DNA of 64,000 bases from Longimicrobiales bacterium (GCA_965219445.1 CBDCNQ010000003.1:384001-448000); one strand, 5' to 3'; counted from the first letter of the stretch, positions 38,708 to 48,147 are shown. Numbers and translations are program-made. Notes: generated by a model not told the origin, from the sequence alone.

Positions 38708-41542
38708 ATGATGCGTATTCTCGGTTCGGGCCCATCCTCCCGAGCGACGAAGCCGGCGGTATATCGCACTCTCGCCCGCTGCTGCGCCACTGTGGCGGGC
38801 AGCCTGCTGCTGTGGGCCTCATCTGTCTCCGCTCAGGAGGCGGACCGGCTCGTTTCCGAATCGAACCGCGTGCTCCTCCCGCACTCCGAAGCCCCCACGG
38901 TCCGTGCGGTCCGGGTCTCCTCGAGCATCCAGATCGATGGAATGCCCGATGAGGCGGCCTGGGCTGCGGCGATACCCATAACGGTCTTCACTCAGATCGA
39001 CCCGGACGAAGGCGAGCCTGTCAGCCAGCCGACAGAGGTTCGTTTTCTCTTCGACGATGACGCCCTCTACATCGGAGGACGACTCTACGACTCCGGCTCC
39101 ATCATGACCCGCTTGGCGCGTCGGGACGCCCCCGTCTTTGACTCGGACCTCTTCACGGTTCTCATCGACAGCTACCACGACCATCAGACCTCATACCGCT
39201 TCACCACCAACCCGTCGGGGTTGAAGCGGGACGCAATCGTGACGAGCGGCAGAGGTTTTGGCGGTTCTGGTCGTGGCGGTGGTGCCGTCGTCGGGGATCC
39301 CTCCTGGGACCCAATATGGGACGTGGCCTCGGTGATCACGGATGAGGGATGGTTCAGCGAGATGCGCATCCCCTTCAGTCAGCTTCGGTTCAGCCCCGGG
39401 GACGAGATGCGCTGGGGCATTCAGGTGCAACGGAACATTCGTCGCGTCCAAGAGAGGGCGGTCTTTTCCTTCACCCCCAAACTGGAGCCGGGCGGCGTCG
39501 CGCGGTACGGCCACCTCACGGGGCTCCGCGGAATCGGTGCGGGGAGGAAGCTGGAGGTGCTTCCCTACGTCGGAATGAGCGCGGAGTACATTTTTCAGGA
39601 ACCCAGCTCGAATGTGGCGTTCGACAATCCCTATCGGTCAGGCTCCGACTATTTCGGTCGTGCCGGCGTGGATCTCAAGTACCTCCTCGGCTCGAACCTA
39701 ACGCTGGACGCCGCGGTGAACCCGGACTTCGGGCAGGTCGAAGTGGACCCGGCCGTCATCAACCTGACCGCCTTCGAGACGCGCTTCGAGGAGCGACGTC
39801 CGTTCTTCGTGGAGGGAGCCGAGATCTTCACGTACGGCCGGGGCGGCCCCGGGGGCAGCACGGGACGGCCACCGGAGGTCCTGTACTCGCGGCGCATCGG
39901 CCGTAGGCCGCAGGGCGACGTCTCAGCGGACGCCGTGTATGACGATTCACCCGTGTCCACCACGATTCTTGGTGCCGCGAAGATCACGGGTAGGGTAGGA
40001 GACGGTTGGTCGGTCGGTTTCCTCGACGCGGTGACGGGCCAGGAGTACGCTCCGTATGTTGACGCAGCCCAAGTGGACGGGCGGAGCGTCCTGGAGCCCG
40101 CCACGAACTACCTCGCTGGGAGAGTACGCAGAGATACGCGCGCGGGGGAGACGCAGTTCGGCATGATTGCGACCGCGGTGCACCGCGACCTCGAAGACCA
40201 GGGGCTCGTCGGCCAGCTTCGCTCGGCGGCGTACGTCACAGGGGTCGATCTCGTACACGAGTGGGCCAACCGGGGCTGGAAGGTCAGCAGCGCCTTGGCG
40301 TCCAGTTACATTCAGGGAGACGCCGCTGCGATCCTAAGTGCCCAGGAGTCTTCGGCCCGATACCTGCAACGGCCGGACGCAACGCACCTGAGTGTCGACC
40401 CGACCGCCACCTCCATGGGTGGATTGTATGCCATGGGGGGACTCAACAAGCAGGCCGGCTCGTTTACGGCCAGAATCGAGACGGCCTATCTGAGCCCGGG
40501 CTACGAGGTGAACGACCTCGGATTTCAGACCGAGACCGAACGGATCATTCTGAATACCCATTTTCAGTGGACTCAGCCCCGACCCGGCAGCTACTTCCGG
40601 AACTGGAGCGTGAGTGGTGGTCCCGACTACAAATGGAACACCGGCGGCGACCAGGTCTTCAGTGGTACCAATCTCCAGTTCAATTGGCGTTGGCTGAATT
40701 ACTGGAGTGGAGGGGTGCGCGGGGATTACCACCCGGCGACGCACGACGACCGCCTCACGAGGGGAGGGCCGATGGCTCGGAGGCCCGGTTCAGTATCGTG
40801 GAGGGCGAGTCTCAACTCGGATTCCCGCAAGGCGTTGAGGGTCCGGACGCGTTATGACGGGTCGAGCGACGCCGCGGGTGCCTGGGAGCACCGTGGATCG
40901 ATCGACTTCACGTACAGGTCCGGAGAGAAGCTGGAGCTACGGCTCGGCCCCTCATTGACGCGCAGTTTTACGCAGGCGCAGTACGTCACGTCGGCGAACG
41001 ATCCCCTGGCCACAAGCACGTTCGGAGAGCGCTACGTCTTCGCGCCCCTCGATCAAACCACGGTCGCGTTGGAGACCCGCATGAACGTCACGTTCTCACC
41101 GACGCTGTCCCTGCAGGTATACGTACAGCCGCTCATCTCCAGCGGTGACTATGGGGATCTGGCGGAGTTACGTGCGCCCGACACGTATAGATTCTCGACG
41201 TTCGGTGAGGACATCGGCACCAGTGTCCGCCAGGCCGACGGGAACTACCTGATCGACCCGGACGGTCCGGGCGCGGCCCCCGAGTTCAAGGTCAGCGACC
41301 GGAGTTTCAACTTCAGAAGTCTTCTCGGAAACGCCGTCCTGCGCTGGGAGTGGAGCCCGGGCTCAACGCTCTTCCTGGTCTGGCAACAGAGCCGGGCGAG
41401 CAGGGTCCTGGCATCCGACTTCGACGAGACCGGCGCCCTCGACGTCGGGCTCTTCGACCTCGGCTACGACACCCAGGAGCTTTTCGGGCTCCCCACCGAC
41501 GACATCTTCCTGATCAAGGTGAATTACTGGCTGAACCTGTAG
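38708..41542 (+). CDS. CBM9-like domain plus DUF5916-type outer-membrane protein
   Basis: IDG..DE.AW, W..EMRIPFSQLRF, NPDFGQVE.D...INL..FET.FEE.RPFF.EG, YSRRIG, C-terminal FLIKVNYW. Confidence 0.82.
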   Translation: MMRILGSGPSSRATKPAVYRTLARCCATVAGSLLLWASSVSAQEADRLVSESNRVLLPHSEAPTVRAVRVSSSIQIDGMPDEAAWAAAIPITVFTQIDPDEGEPVSQPTEVRFLFDDDALYIGGRLYDSGSIMTRLARRDAPVFDSDLFTVLIDSYHDHQTSYRFTTNPSGLKRDAIVTSGRGFGGSGRGGGAVVGDPSWDPIWDVASVITDEGWFSEMRIPFSQLRFSPGDEMRWGIQVQRNIRRVQERAVFSFTPKLEPGGVARYGHLTGLRGIGAGRKLEVLPYVGMSAEYIFQEPSSNVAFDNPYRSGSDYFGRAGVDLKYLLGSNLTLDAAVNPDFGQVEVDPAVINLTAFETRFEERRPFFVEGAEIFTYGRGGPGGSTGRPPEVLYSRRIGRRPQGDVSADAVYDDSPVSTTILGAAKITGRVGDGWSVGFLDAVTGQEYAPYVDAAQVDGRSVLEPATNYLAGRVRRDTRAGETQFGMIATAVHRDLEDQGLVGQLRSAAYVTGVDLVHEWANRGWKVSSALASSYIQGDAAAILSAQESSARYLQRPDATHLSVDPTATSMGGLYAMGGLNKQAGSFTARIETAYLSPGYEVNDLGFQTETERIILNTHFQWTQPRPGSYFRNWSVSGGPDYKWNTGGDQVFSGTNLQFNWRWLNYWSGGVRGDYHPATHDDRLTRGGPMARRPGSVSWRASLNSDSRKALRVRTRYDGSSDAAGAWEHRGSIDFTYRSGEKLELRLGPSLTRSFTQAQYVTSANDPLATSTFGERYVFAPLDQTTVALETRMNVTFSPTLSLQVYVQPLISSGDYGDLAELRAPDTYRFSTFGEDIGTSVRQADGNYLIDPDGPGAAPEFKVSDRSFNFRSLLGNAVLRWEWSPGSTLFLVWQQSRASRVLASDFDETGALDVGLFDLGYDTQELFGLPTDDIFLIKVNYWLNL

Positions 41543-41651
41543 GAGCAGCACAGGGCACATGGGACCCTCATCGTATTTTCGTGGCATTCCTCACGAGCCC
41601 TTCACAATATTTGGAAGGATCGCAGGTTGTCTTCGCTCGGGAGGTAATACG

Positions 41652-42038
41652 ATGGCCCGAAAAACAAGAATCGCAATGACCCTAGCTGTGACATGCTTCA
41701 CAGGAGGCTGTGTGGTCGCCGCCGTGGGGGGTGGGGCACTAGCAGGAATACACGTGACCTCCCAGGGTGCCGAGGCGGACGTAGAGTCCAATATCCAGGG
41801 TACCGAAGGGCGAGTTCGGGCCGCCTTCCGGAGGCTGGACATCGACATGACCGGTGAGGCTTCCGAAGACTCCGGCAGAGAACGTGAGTTCAGGGGATCG
41901 GTTGACGACCTGGAGATCACCGTGTCGCTGGAAGCGCGTGACCACGGTACGCACATCGAAGCCTCAGCCCGGCGGAACCTCGCCTCCTGGGATCGGGAGT
42001 ACGCAGAACGGCTGGTGGCGCGAATCGTCGGAGGGTGA
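41652..42038 (+). CDS. small lipoprotein (DUF3568-like)
   Basis: GGAGGT RBS, lipobox-like TGGC followed by Gly/Ala-rich VVAAVGGGALAG. Confidence 0.7.
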   Translation: MARKTRIAMTLAVTCFTGGCVVAAVGGGALAGIHVTSQGAEADVESNIQGTEGRVRAAFRRLDIDMTGEASEDSGREREFRGSVDDLEITVSLEARDHGTHIEASARRNLASWDREYAERLVARIVGG

Positions 42039-42089
42039 CACGGGTCGCACCCACGTCAGCGGCCCCAAGGGACCACTTACTCCTTCTTT

Positions 42090-42749
42090 TTACTCCCTCT
42101 TTGTGAACACCACGAAGAACTTGTCTTCGAAGAGGTCGAACTCCTGCGTCATATCGAACCCGGCGACCCCCATCCAGTCCCTCAGCTGCCGTAGTGTGAT
42201 CAGCAACTCAGGCTGATCTGAGTGGGGTGCCCCTGGCCGATCTCCATGGTAGTCGACGACCACAATGCGGCTGCCGGGCGCCATATACCTCGCCGTCAGC
42301 TGGAGGTAGGCCTGTCGCCCCTCGATGTGATGAATGACATCGTGGAAGAAGGCCACATCCATGTCCCGTCGGGGCAGCTTCGGGTCTTCGAACTCGCCCA
42401 GAACGGTCTTGATGTTCCCTACCCCACCGTCCACGGCCTTCTGCTCGATCATGGGCAGGAAGCCCGGGTCGATCTCCATCGCGAAAACCGTGCCCGTCGG
42501 CCCCACAGCTCGTGCGAGCGACACGGAGAACACACCGGTGCCCGCACCCATGTCCGCAACCAACTCACCCGGACGGAGTCCGATCCGGGAAACGACCTCA
42601 TCGATCTCGAGGCGTTCGAGCCTTTGTCCGCTCTCCAGCGTGAGAGCCCACTCTTCCGCGGGACGCCCGCCCAGTTGGAGGGCCGACAGCGGCGCCAGCG
42701 GCGCGACGACTGCCAGTAGGCCTAGCAACGCTAAAAGCCTGAACCCCAC
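42090..42749 (-). CDS. class I SAM-dependent methyltransferase with signal peptide
   Basis: VADMGAGTG motif I, VGPTG.V.A.EID, DV.HH, VVVDY; hydrophobic N-terminal signal. Confidence 0.85.
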   Translation of the reverse strand: MGFRLLALLGLLAVVAPLAPLSALQLGGRPAEEWALTLESGQRLERLEIDEVVSRIGLRPGELVADMGAGTGVFSVSLARAVGPTGTVFAMEIDPGFLPMIEQKAVDGGVGNIKTVLGEFEDPKLPRRDMDVAFFHDVIHHIEGRQAYLQLTARYMAPGSRIVVVDYHGDRPGAPHSDQPELLITLRQLRDWMGVAGFDMTQEFDLFEDKFFVVFTKRE

Positions 42750-42835
42750 GGAACTACCTCCTGTCTGCGGTCGATCTACAAACCAGCGGCCTTTGCTTCA
42801 GCACAAATCGGGCTGAGCCGCGCTCGAGAACCGTC

Positions 42836-43468
42836 CTAACGTGTAACGCCTAACCCCTCTACCAAGACGGAAGGAAGGACGTGGTTGACCCGTACACCCC
42901 AAATCCCGTCGGTGCGCCCAGCCATGCCGGTCTTCGTGGCCGAATGCACCACGACGCCGTTCACCACGAAGTCGGTAGCATCCGCGCCGACGCGTACCGC
43001 GAGACGGTTGACGGAGCGCCCGTTGGCGTCCATCGCTTCGACTGCCGAGTGGGGCGTACGTCCCTGGATGTCGTGCGTGGTTTCATTCCCGGCACGGTGC
43101 TTGACCAGATAGCTGCCGTCCTGAGCGACCAGGAAGTACAGATAGCTTTGCCCGGAACCCTCCAGTTGGCTGCCACCGTAGACGAGGCCGTAGTAATTCA
43201 CATGGCTGCTCGGCTCGAGGAGCGTGAACGTCCCCGAGAGGGTGTACTCGCCCGTCGCCGTGTTCCGGGAATCCCATGCCGTGACCGCGGGTCCCGTACG
43301 TACTTGGAAACCATCTGCCGACGTGGTCACGGTCACATCTGGGACGTCGTCCGGATCAGCCGCATTCGTGCTGTGGTCGAGACGCAACTTGAGCCCGGTG
43401 GGGGCCTGCGCCGCCAGCGGCACGGCGATCAGCAGGGTCAGGGCGGCTAGAGAGATTCGATGAATCAT
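42836..43468 (-). CDS. secreted hypothetical protein (beta-sandwich-like)
   Basis: AGGAG RBS, signal peptide PLAA-Q, beta-rich body (YGLVYGG, YLYFLV.QDG.YLVKHR, GVRVNH). Confidence 0.75.
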   Translation of the reverse strand: MIHRISLAALTLLIAVPLAAQAPTGLKLRLDHSTNAADPDDVPDVTVTTSADGFQVRTGPAVTAWDSRNTATGEYTLSGTFTLLEPSSHVNYYGLVYGGSQLEGSGQSYLYFLVAQDGSYLVKHRAGNETTHDIQGRTPHSAVEAMDANGRSVNRLAVRVGADATDFVVNGVVVHSATKTGMAGRTDGIWGVRVNHVLPSVLVEGLGVTR

Positions 43469-43702
43469 GACTCACTCCTAGGATTGAATAGCGGACAGAC
43501 AGTATAAACTGGGCGACGCCTCCGGAGAAGATGGCGGACGGCTACCAACAGCATCGGGATCGAGGTCCGTCGCACGACCCCCTGGGTCCACCCCCATGAC
43601 GCATAACGCGGTGCACGCCGCAGACCTGGGCCCCAGGTGGCCCCGAGGACCCTCTCCACCTAAAGGCTCCCAAGCCGCCGCACAATCGTAGCCGTGACCC
43701 GA

Positions 43703-43730
43703 TGTGACCGTTGCGGCGCGTCCCTCGTCT
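43703..43730 (+). promoter_or_regulatory. putative ECF sigma promoter (TGTGACC-N16-CGTCT) for the helical lipoprotein gene
   Basis: TGTGACC 43703-43709, 16-nt spacer ending CCT, CGTCT 43726-43730; same layout as the site upstream of the sigma gene. Confidence 0.75.
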
Positions 43731-43779
43731 AGTACCCAGCCTCGAGATGGAAACACATCGCGTTCACTAGGAGAGAACC

Positions 43780-44871
43780 ATGTACAGAGCGCCAGCTACC
43801 AACAACGGAGCCACCGGATTCCTGATGTTGATCTTCCTCGTGTGGGGAGCCCTCTACATCACCGGGTGCACCGATTCACCCAGCGGTCTGGACTTCGACG
43901 TGATACCGACCGTTGAGGACGTGGAGATCGAGATGGCCACGGATCCCGATATGACTGCGGCTCTCGTCGAGGACGTATCCAGCTCCATGAGTGCCAACAT
44001 GACGGCTGAGGCCGCCGTCGAGATCTCGACGGCCGATAGTCTCTTCAACCAGGCCCGCGTCGAGCTTGACCGGGGCGACCATGAGCGGGTTCGCTCGCTG
44101 GGCGACCGGGCGCGGGATGCGCTGGGCCGGGCTCTTGCGAAGGGACGGGACCGTTCCAGCCTGGACGATTTCATCGACCGTGTGCGACACATGCGCCGAC
44201 TGCTCGCTGCCGGCGATACCATCGACTTCGATCGACCCAGTGATTTGTTGAGAGACATCGATCGGTTCTTGGACGAGGCGACGGCAGCACGCGATCGCGG
44301 TGACGACGTGACCGCCGGTAAGCGGATCATCGACGCGCACCGGCGGGCGGACCGGAGCCGGGTCAGGCGTCATCGCGCCGATCCCGAGAAGGGAGCCCGG
44401 TTGGTCGTGGCCATGGCCGAGAAGGCCGTCGAGCTCGCGAGCCGCCTCCTGAACGGGACGGTGATCAGCGAACGCCAGCAGCACCTGCTGGACACGGCTG
44501 CGCGGCTGGCCGCGGCGTCTGCCGAAGCCTACCAGAACGGTCACTACAGGCGGGCCATCATTTTCGGCCACAAGGCTGTGAGCATGTCGCTCACGGCGGT
44601 GATCAGGCCGGATCGAGTGACGGATGACAGAATCCGAGCCCTCACCGATGTGGCCAACTCCGAGTTCCAGGTCCTCATCGATCTGGCCGAAGCCGAGCTC
44701 GCGGCCGCCAGGGCCAAGCTCGACGAGGAGCCCAACGAGTACTTTGAGAAGCTGCTGAAGCGCGCCGTTGCAGCCTTCGAAACCGGTGTTGAGCTCGTTG
44801 AGAACGGCCACCCCAGAGGCATCCAATTGATCTGGAGAGCCGCGGTCGTCGGAGCGGTAATCGCGGGCTGA
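43780..44871 (+). CDS. alpha-helical repeat lipoprotein of unknown function
   Basis: AGGAG RBS, lipobox-like ITGC, repeated A...l..G(D/H)...A helical hairpin units. Confidence 0.8.
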   Translation: MYRAPATNNGATGFLMLIFLVWGALYITGCTDSPSGLDFDVIPTVEDVEIEMATDPDMTAALVEDVSSSMSANMTAEAAVEISTADSLFNQARVELDRGDHERVRSLGDRARDALGRALAKGRDRSSLDDFIDRVRHMRRLLAAGDTIDFDRPSDLLRDIDRFLDEATAARDRGDDVTAGKRIIDAHRRADRSRVRRHRADPEKGARLVVAMAEKAVELASRLLNGTVISERQQHLLDTAARLAAASAEAYQNGHYRRAIIFGHKAVSMSLTAVIRPDRVTDDRIRALTDVANSEFQVLIDLAEAELAAARAKLDEEPNEYFEKLLKRAVAAFETGVELVENGHPRGIQLIWRAAVVGAVIAG

Positions 44872-44925
44872 ACCGCATATCGCGGAGATCGGCACAGTGT
44901 CGTCGACGTTGACGCCACAGGCAGT

Positions 44926-44954
44926 GCCGGGGGGGCGCGAAAGGCCCCCCCGGC
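44926..44954 (+). terminator. 11-bp GC hairpin, possible terminator
   Basis: GCCGGGGGGGC-GCGAAAG-GCCCCCCCGGC downstream of the lipoprotein gene; no clear U-tract. Confidence 0.55.
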
Positions 44955-45020
44955 GCTCGCTGTATTCCTGCCTTTCCCACTGGCGCTCGGGTACGCACCG
45001 TTCGTCGTCCCAAATTCGAT

Positions 45021-45048
45021 TGTGACCCTTTGTATGTTTTCCTCGTCT
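45021..45048 (+). promoter_or_regulatory. putative autoregulatory ECF sigma promoter (TGTGACC-N16-CGTCT)
   Basis: TGTGACC 45021-45027, 16-nt spacer ending CCT, CGTCT 45044-45048, 30 nt before the sigma ATG. Confidence 0.78.
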
Positions 45049-45078
45049 TACGTGTAGGGTCCCGGTAACTTTCCCTTA

Positions 45079-45627
45079 ATGTCAGCAGATGAACTCAGTG
45101 ACGGCGAGGTGGTCCGGGAGATCCTGGGTGGGCAGAGCGAGATGTATCGCGTGCTGGTCCGCCGGTATCAGGATGTCCTTTATAAGCACGCCTACCGGAT
45201 GGTGGGTCGGCCGGATGACGCAGCCGACATCGTGCAAAGGACCCTGGTGAGCGGCTTTCAGAAGCTGAACCGCTGCCGTGACCCCGAACGGGTCGGTGGC
45301 TGGCTCTTTCGGATCGCCGCGAACCTCTGCAAGGACTTCTTGAAGAGTCCGCGGAGGGCCGATCTCTCGTTAGAGGGAGCGTCGGCAACGGTCATCGACC
45401 GGTCGAGGCCGGACGCGGACCTGGAGCGAGAGGAGTTGAAGGAGCGGGTTCAGCAGGCTCTGGAGCGGCTGAGCCCCGAACAGCGAGAGGCCTTCGTGCT
45501 GAAGCACCTCGAAGGCCGATCGTACGGCGAGATGGCGACCCTGCTGGGCGCCTCCAAGTCGGCTCTGAAAATGAGGGTGCTGCGCGCTCGAGACGAGTTG
45601 CAGACATTGTTGAAGGTGTATCAATGA
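45079..45627 (+). CDS. ECF-family RNA polymerase sigma factor
   Basis: Region 2 (DAADIVQ, WLFRIAANLCKD) and region 4 (L..LSPEQREAFVL...EGRSY.EMA..LG.S...LKMRV.RAR). Confidence 0.95.
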   Translation: MSADELSDGEVVREILGGQSEMYRVLVRRYQDVLYKHAYRMVGRPDDAADIVQRTLVSGFQKLNRCRDPERVGGWLFRIAANLCKDFLKSPRRADLSLEGASATVIDRSRPDADLEREELKERVQQALERLSPEQREAFVLKHLEGRSYGEMATLLGASKSALKMRVLRARDELQTLLKVYQ

Positions 45628-46238
45628 ACGACGAACTGAATGCCTATTTGGATGGGGACCGGGAGCTCGATGAGTTGACCCCCGAAGCCCGAGCCGAAGC
45701 TGAAGCCTGGCGAAGGCTCACGGGAGAGATGAAGGTCGACGAGCCGAGCCAGGCCCCGCCGTGGATGGAGAACGCGGTCATGAGCGAGATCGCGTTGGCG
45801 AGCGCACCCAGGGAGAGCATTTTCGACTGGCTGCTGCGATCCCACACGGTCCGTCTCTCTCCGTTGACGAGCCTGGCTATGGCCGCTGCGGCCGTAGCCG
45901 TGGTCGTGCTTCTACCGAACGGAACACCGAGTGAGCCGTCAATCGGGCCCGTCGCCGTCGCCGAGATCCTCGTGGAGTTCTCCCTCGAAGCCCCTGGAGC
46001 CACGACGGTTGCTGTGGCCGGGGACTTCAGTGGATGGGAGAGCGACTTCGTCCTCGAAGACGCGGATGGCGATGGGACCTGGACCGGGCGAGTCCCGATC
46101 ACGCCCGGCCTCCACAAGTACATGTTCGTCATCGACGGCACGGACTGGGTCACGGATCCCGGTGCCGAGCGCTACGCCGACGACGGCTTCGGCAACCGCA
46201 ACGCGGTTCTGGCCGTAGCTCCCCCGGCAACGCTGTGA
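45624..46238 (+). CDS. putative anti-sigma factor with C-terminal CBM48/AMPK-type glycogen-binding domain
   Basis: ATGA overlap with sigma; LNAYLDG N-terminus, one TM, then F.LEAPGA..V.VAGDFSGW, G.W, PG.HKYMFVIDG..W..DP, DDGFG..N. Confidence 0.85.
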   Translation: MNDELNAYLDGDRELDELTPEARAEAEAWRRLTGEMKVDEPSQAPPWMENAVMSEIALASAPRESIFDWLLRSHTVRLSPLTSLAMAAAAVAVVVLLPNGTPSEPSIGPVAVAEILVEFSLEAPGATTVAVAGDFSGWESDFVLEDADGDGTWTGRVPITPGLHKYMFVIDGTDWVTDPGAERYADDGFGNRNAVLAVAPPATL

Positions 46239-46240
46239 GC

Positions 46241-47404
46241 ATGAGTACGCCACGCGGCACCGACCGGGCCCGGCTCGCCCGATTCGTCGGAGGGATCTCC
46301 CTGGCGCTCGTGTTGGCCCCGGGGGCCGTCTCCGGCCAGTGGGGGGACCTCCGCATCGAGGTCGGTGGTTCCCGGGCGTTTGCTCCGGCGGGCAGTGACC
46401 TCGCCGCCGCCACCTACCTCACCGCTAGTCTGCAGGTGGATCGCTGGACGCGCTCGGGAAGTGGCGTCTTCGCGGGCATCTTCGGAGGGATGGACACGGG
46501 GTCCGTAGGCGGGGATTGGGGGAGCTTCGTCCTCGGTGGCGAGGCGGTGGCCGGTGCTGGCGGACCCGTGGAATTCAGCCTCTCGGCGTCCACGTCCGGC
46601 TTCGCGGTCGGCGGCCGGTTCTTATACGAAGCCCTCACCGTGGTGACGCGGCCCGAAGTGAGCATCCCGGCCGGACCGGTCGCCATCGTTCTGTACGGTG
46701 AGGGAGGCAAGGGATCGTCCAACATCGAGTTTCGGAGAGATACTCTTGTAAGAGCTTTCTCACAGGATCTCTGGCACTACGGTTGGGGGCCCGAGCTGCA
46801 GTTACGCCTCGGAAGGACACTGACATCGGCGTCCTTTGGACTGCTCGAGACGGAAGCGGGGAGGTATCGGCGGGGTGAGCTCGAGGTCCGCGCGGGAACC
46901 GACCGTTCCCTCGTAGCCGCCACCCTCAGCGTGTGGGATACGCCGTTGGGGAGGGAGACCACGGGAACGATTTCAGTGACCGTGCCGCTGGGTGGACCGA
47001 ACTGGTTCGCCCGGTTGGTGGGCGGACGCACCGACCCGGATCCTCTGGTCCGAAGCGAGCCGGGTGGACAGGGAGGCCTGGTCATCGGCCGTCGCCTCGT
47101 CCGGTTCGGTCCCAGCGCAGCGACGCCGGTCGTAGAATTACAGCCGACATCGGGAGGAGCGGCAGCCCGATTCCGACTAGAAGACCAAGCCGCACAACAC
47201 ATAGAGGTCCTGGGTGACTTCTCGGGCTGGGAGCCGCAGGCGATGGTCCAAGACGGTCGGGCCTGGATCCTGGAGCTTGCATTGGAGGCCGGCACGTACC
47301 ACTTCGGCTTTCTTGCCGACGGTGAGTGGTTCGTGCCCGAGGATGCCCCCGGTCGGGTGAGCGACGACTGGGGACAGATGAACGCTACGATCGTTGTCCC
47401 ATGA
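46241..47404 (+). CDS. exported, probable beta-barrel protein with C-terminal CBM48/AMPK-type domain
   Basis: Signal peptide ending VSG-Q, Gly/aromatic amphipathic strands, then I.VLGDFSGWEP..M, W, GTYHFGFL.DG.W, DDWG..NA. Confidence 0.78.
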   Translation: MSTPRGTDRARLARFVGGISLALVLAPGAVSGQWGDLRIEVGGSRAFAPAGSDLAAATYLTASLQVDRWTRSGSGVFAGIFGGMDTGSVGGDWGSFVLGGEAVAGAGGPVEFSLSASTSGFAVGGRFLYEALTVVTRPEVSIPAGPVAIVLYGEGGKGSSNIEFRRDTLVRAFSQDLWHYGWGPELQLRLGRTLTSASFGLLETEAGRYRRGELEVRAGTDRSLVAATLSVWDTPLGRETTGTISVTVPLGGPNWFARLVGGRTDPDPLVRSEPGGQGGLVIGRRLVRFGPSAATPVVELQPTSGGAAARFRLEDQAAQHIEVLGDFSGWEPQAMVQDGRAWILELALEAGTYHFGFLADGEWFVPEDAPGRVSDDWGQMNATIVVP

Positions 47405-47418
47405 AGGGGGGACTTAAA

Positions 47419-48147
47419 ATGACTTACGACGTGAAGGTAATCAGAAGCCTTATCCTGGCGGCGGTTCTGACCGCGGGCTCGACGAACTTGCTCCTCGGAC
47501 AGGATCGCGTGGCCCGCCTTCAGGAGGCCTACACCCCCGAGGCGGCAGCACAGATCGAGGCTGTCGTCGAAGCGGCCAGGCGCGACGGAGTCCCGGTGGG
47601 TCCCCTGTACGACAAGGCCCTCGAGGGGGCTGCGAAGCGGGTACCCGCAGCGCGGGTCATGCCTGCTCTCCGAGAGTACTCGGGTCGTATGCAGCGGGCT
47701 CAGGGCCTCCTGGGCGGCAGACCCGAAGTGCCGTGGGTCGTGGCCGGGGCCGACGCTCTCCGGCGTGGGGTCGCCGACGACGCCCTGACGTCGATCGGAC
47801 GGGAAGCGGGCACCCGAACCCCCCTCGCGCTTGTGGTCATGGGTGATCTGGTGGAAGCTGGCGTCTCCGCAGGACGGGCCATGGAGGTGATGCGGGAAGC
47901 GTTGGTGAGGACGACTGGTGAGGAGGGCCTGCTCGACGTACCCACGGCACTGCGCCGACTGGTGCGTCAGGGCGATCTGGCCCCCGACGCCGCAGGACGG
48001 GTGCTCCGGGCCATGAGGGATGGTGAGTCACTTCGCGCCGTGCGTCGCGACGGAAGACCCGGGGGTCGGGAGAGGCGGCCCAACGCGCGGCCCGTTCCCC
48101 AGGGATCCGACCCGATTCGGGACGGGACGCACAGGACGCCGGGTTGA
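47419..48147 (+). CDS. secreted alpha-helical hypothetical protein, last gene of the ECF operon
   Basis: Signal peptide, PL.DKALEG.AK.VP motif, Arg/Pro/Gly-rich tail; alternative start 47401 overlaps the upstream stop. Confidence 0.75.
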   Translation: MTYDVKVIRSLILAAVLTAGSTNLLLGQDRVARLQEAYTPEAAAQIEAVVEAARRDGVPVGPLYDKALEGAAKRVPAARVMPALREYSGRMQRAQGLLGGRPEVPWVVAGADALRRGVADDALTSIGREAGTRTPLALVVMGDLVEAGVSAGRAMEVMREALVRTTGEEGLLDVPTALRRLVRQGDLAPDAAGRVLRAMRDGESLRAVRRDGRPGGRERRPNARPVPQGSDPIRDGTHRTPG

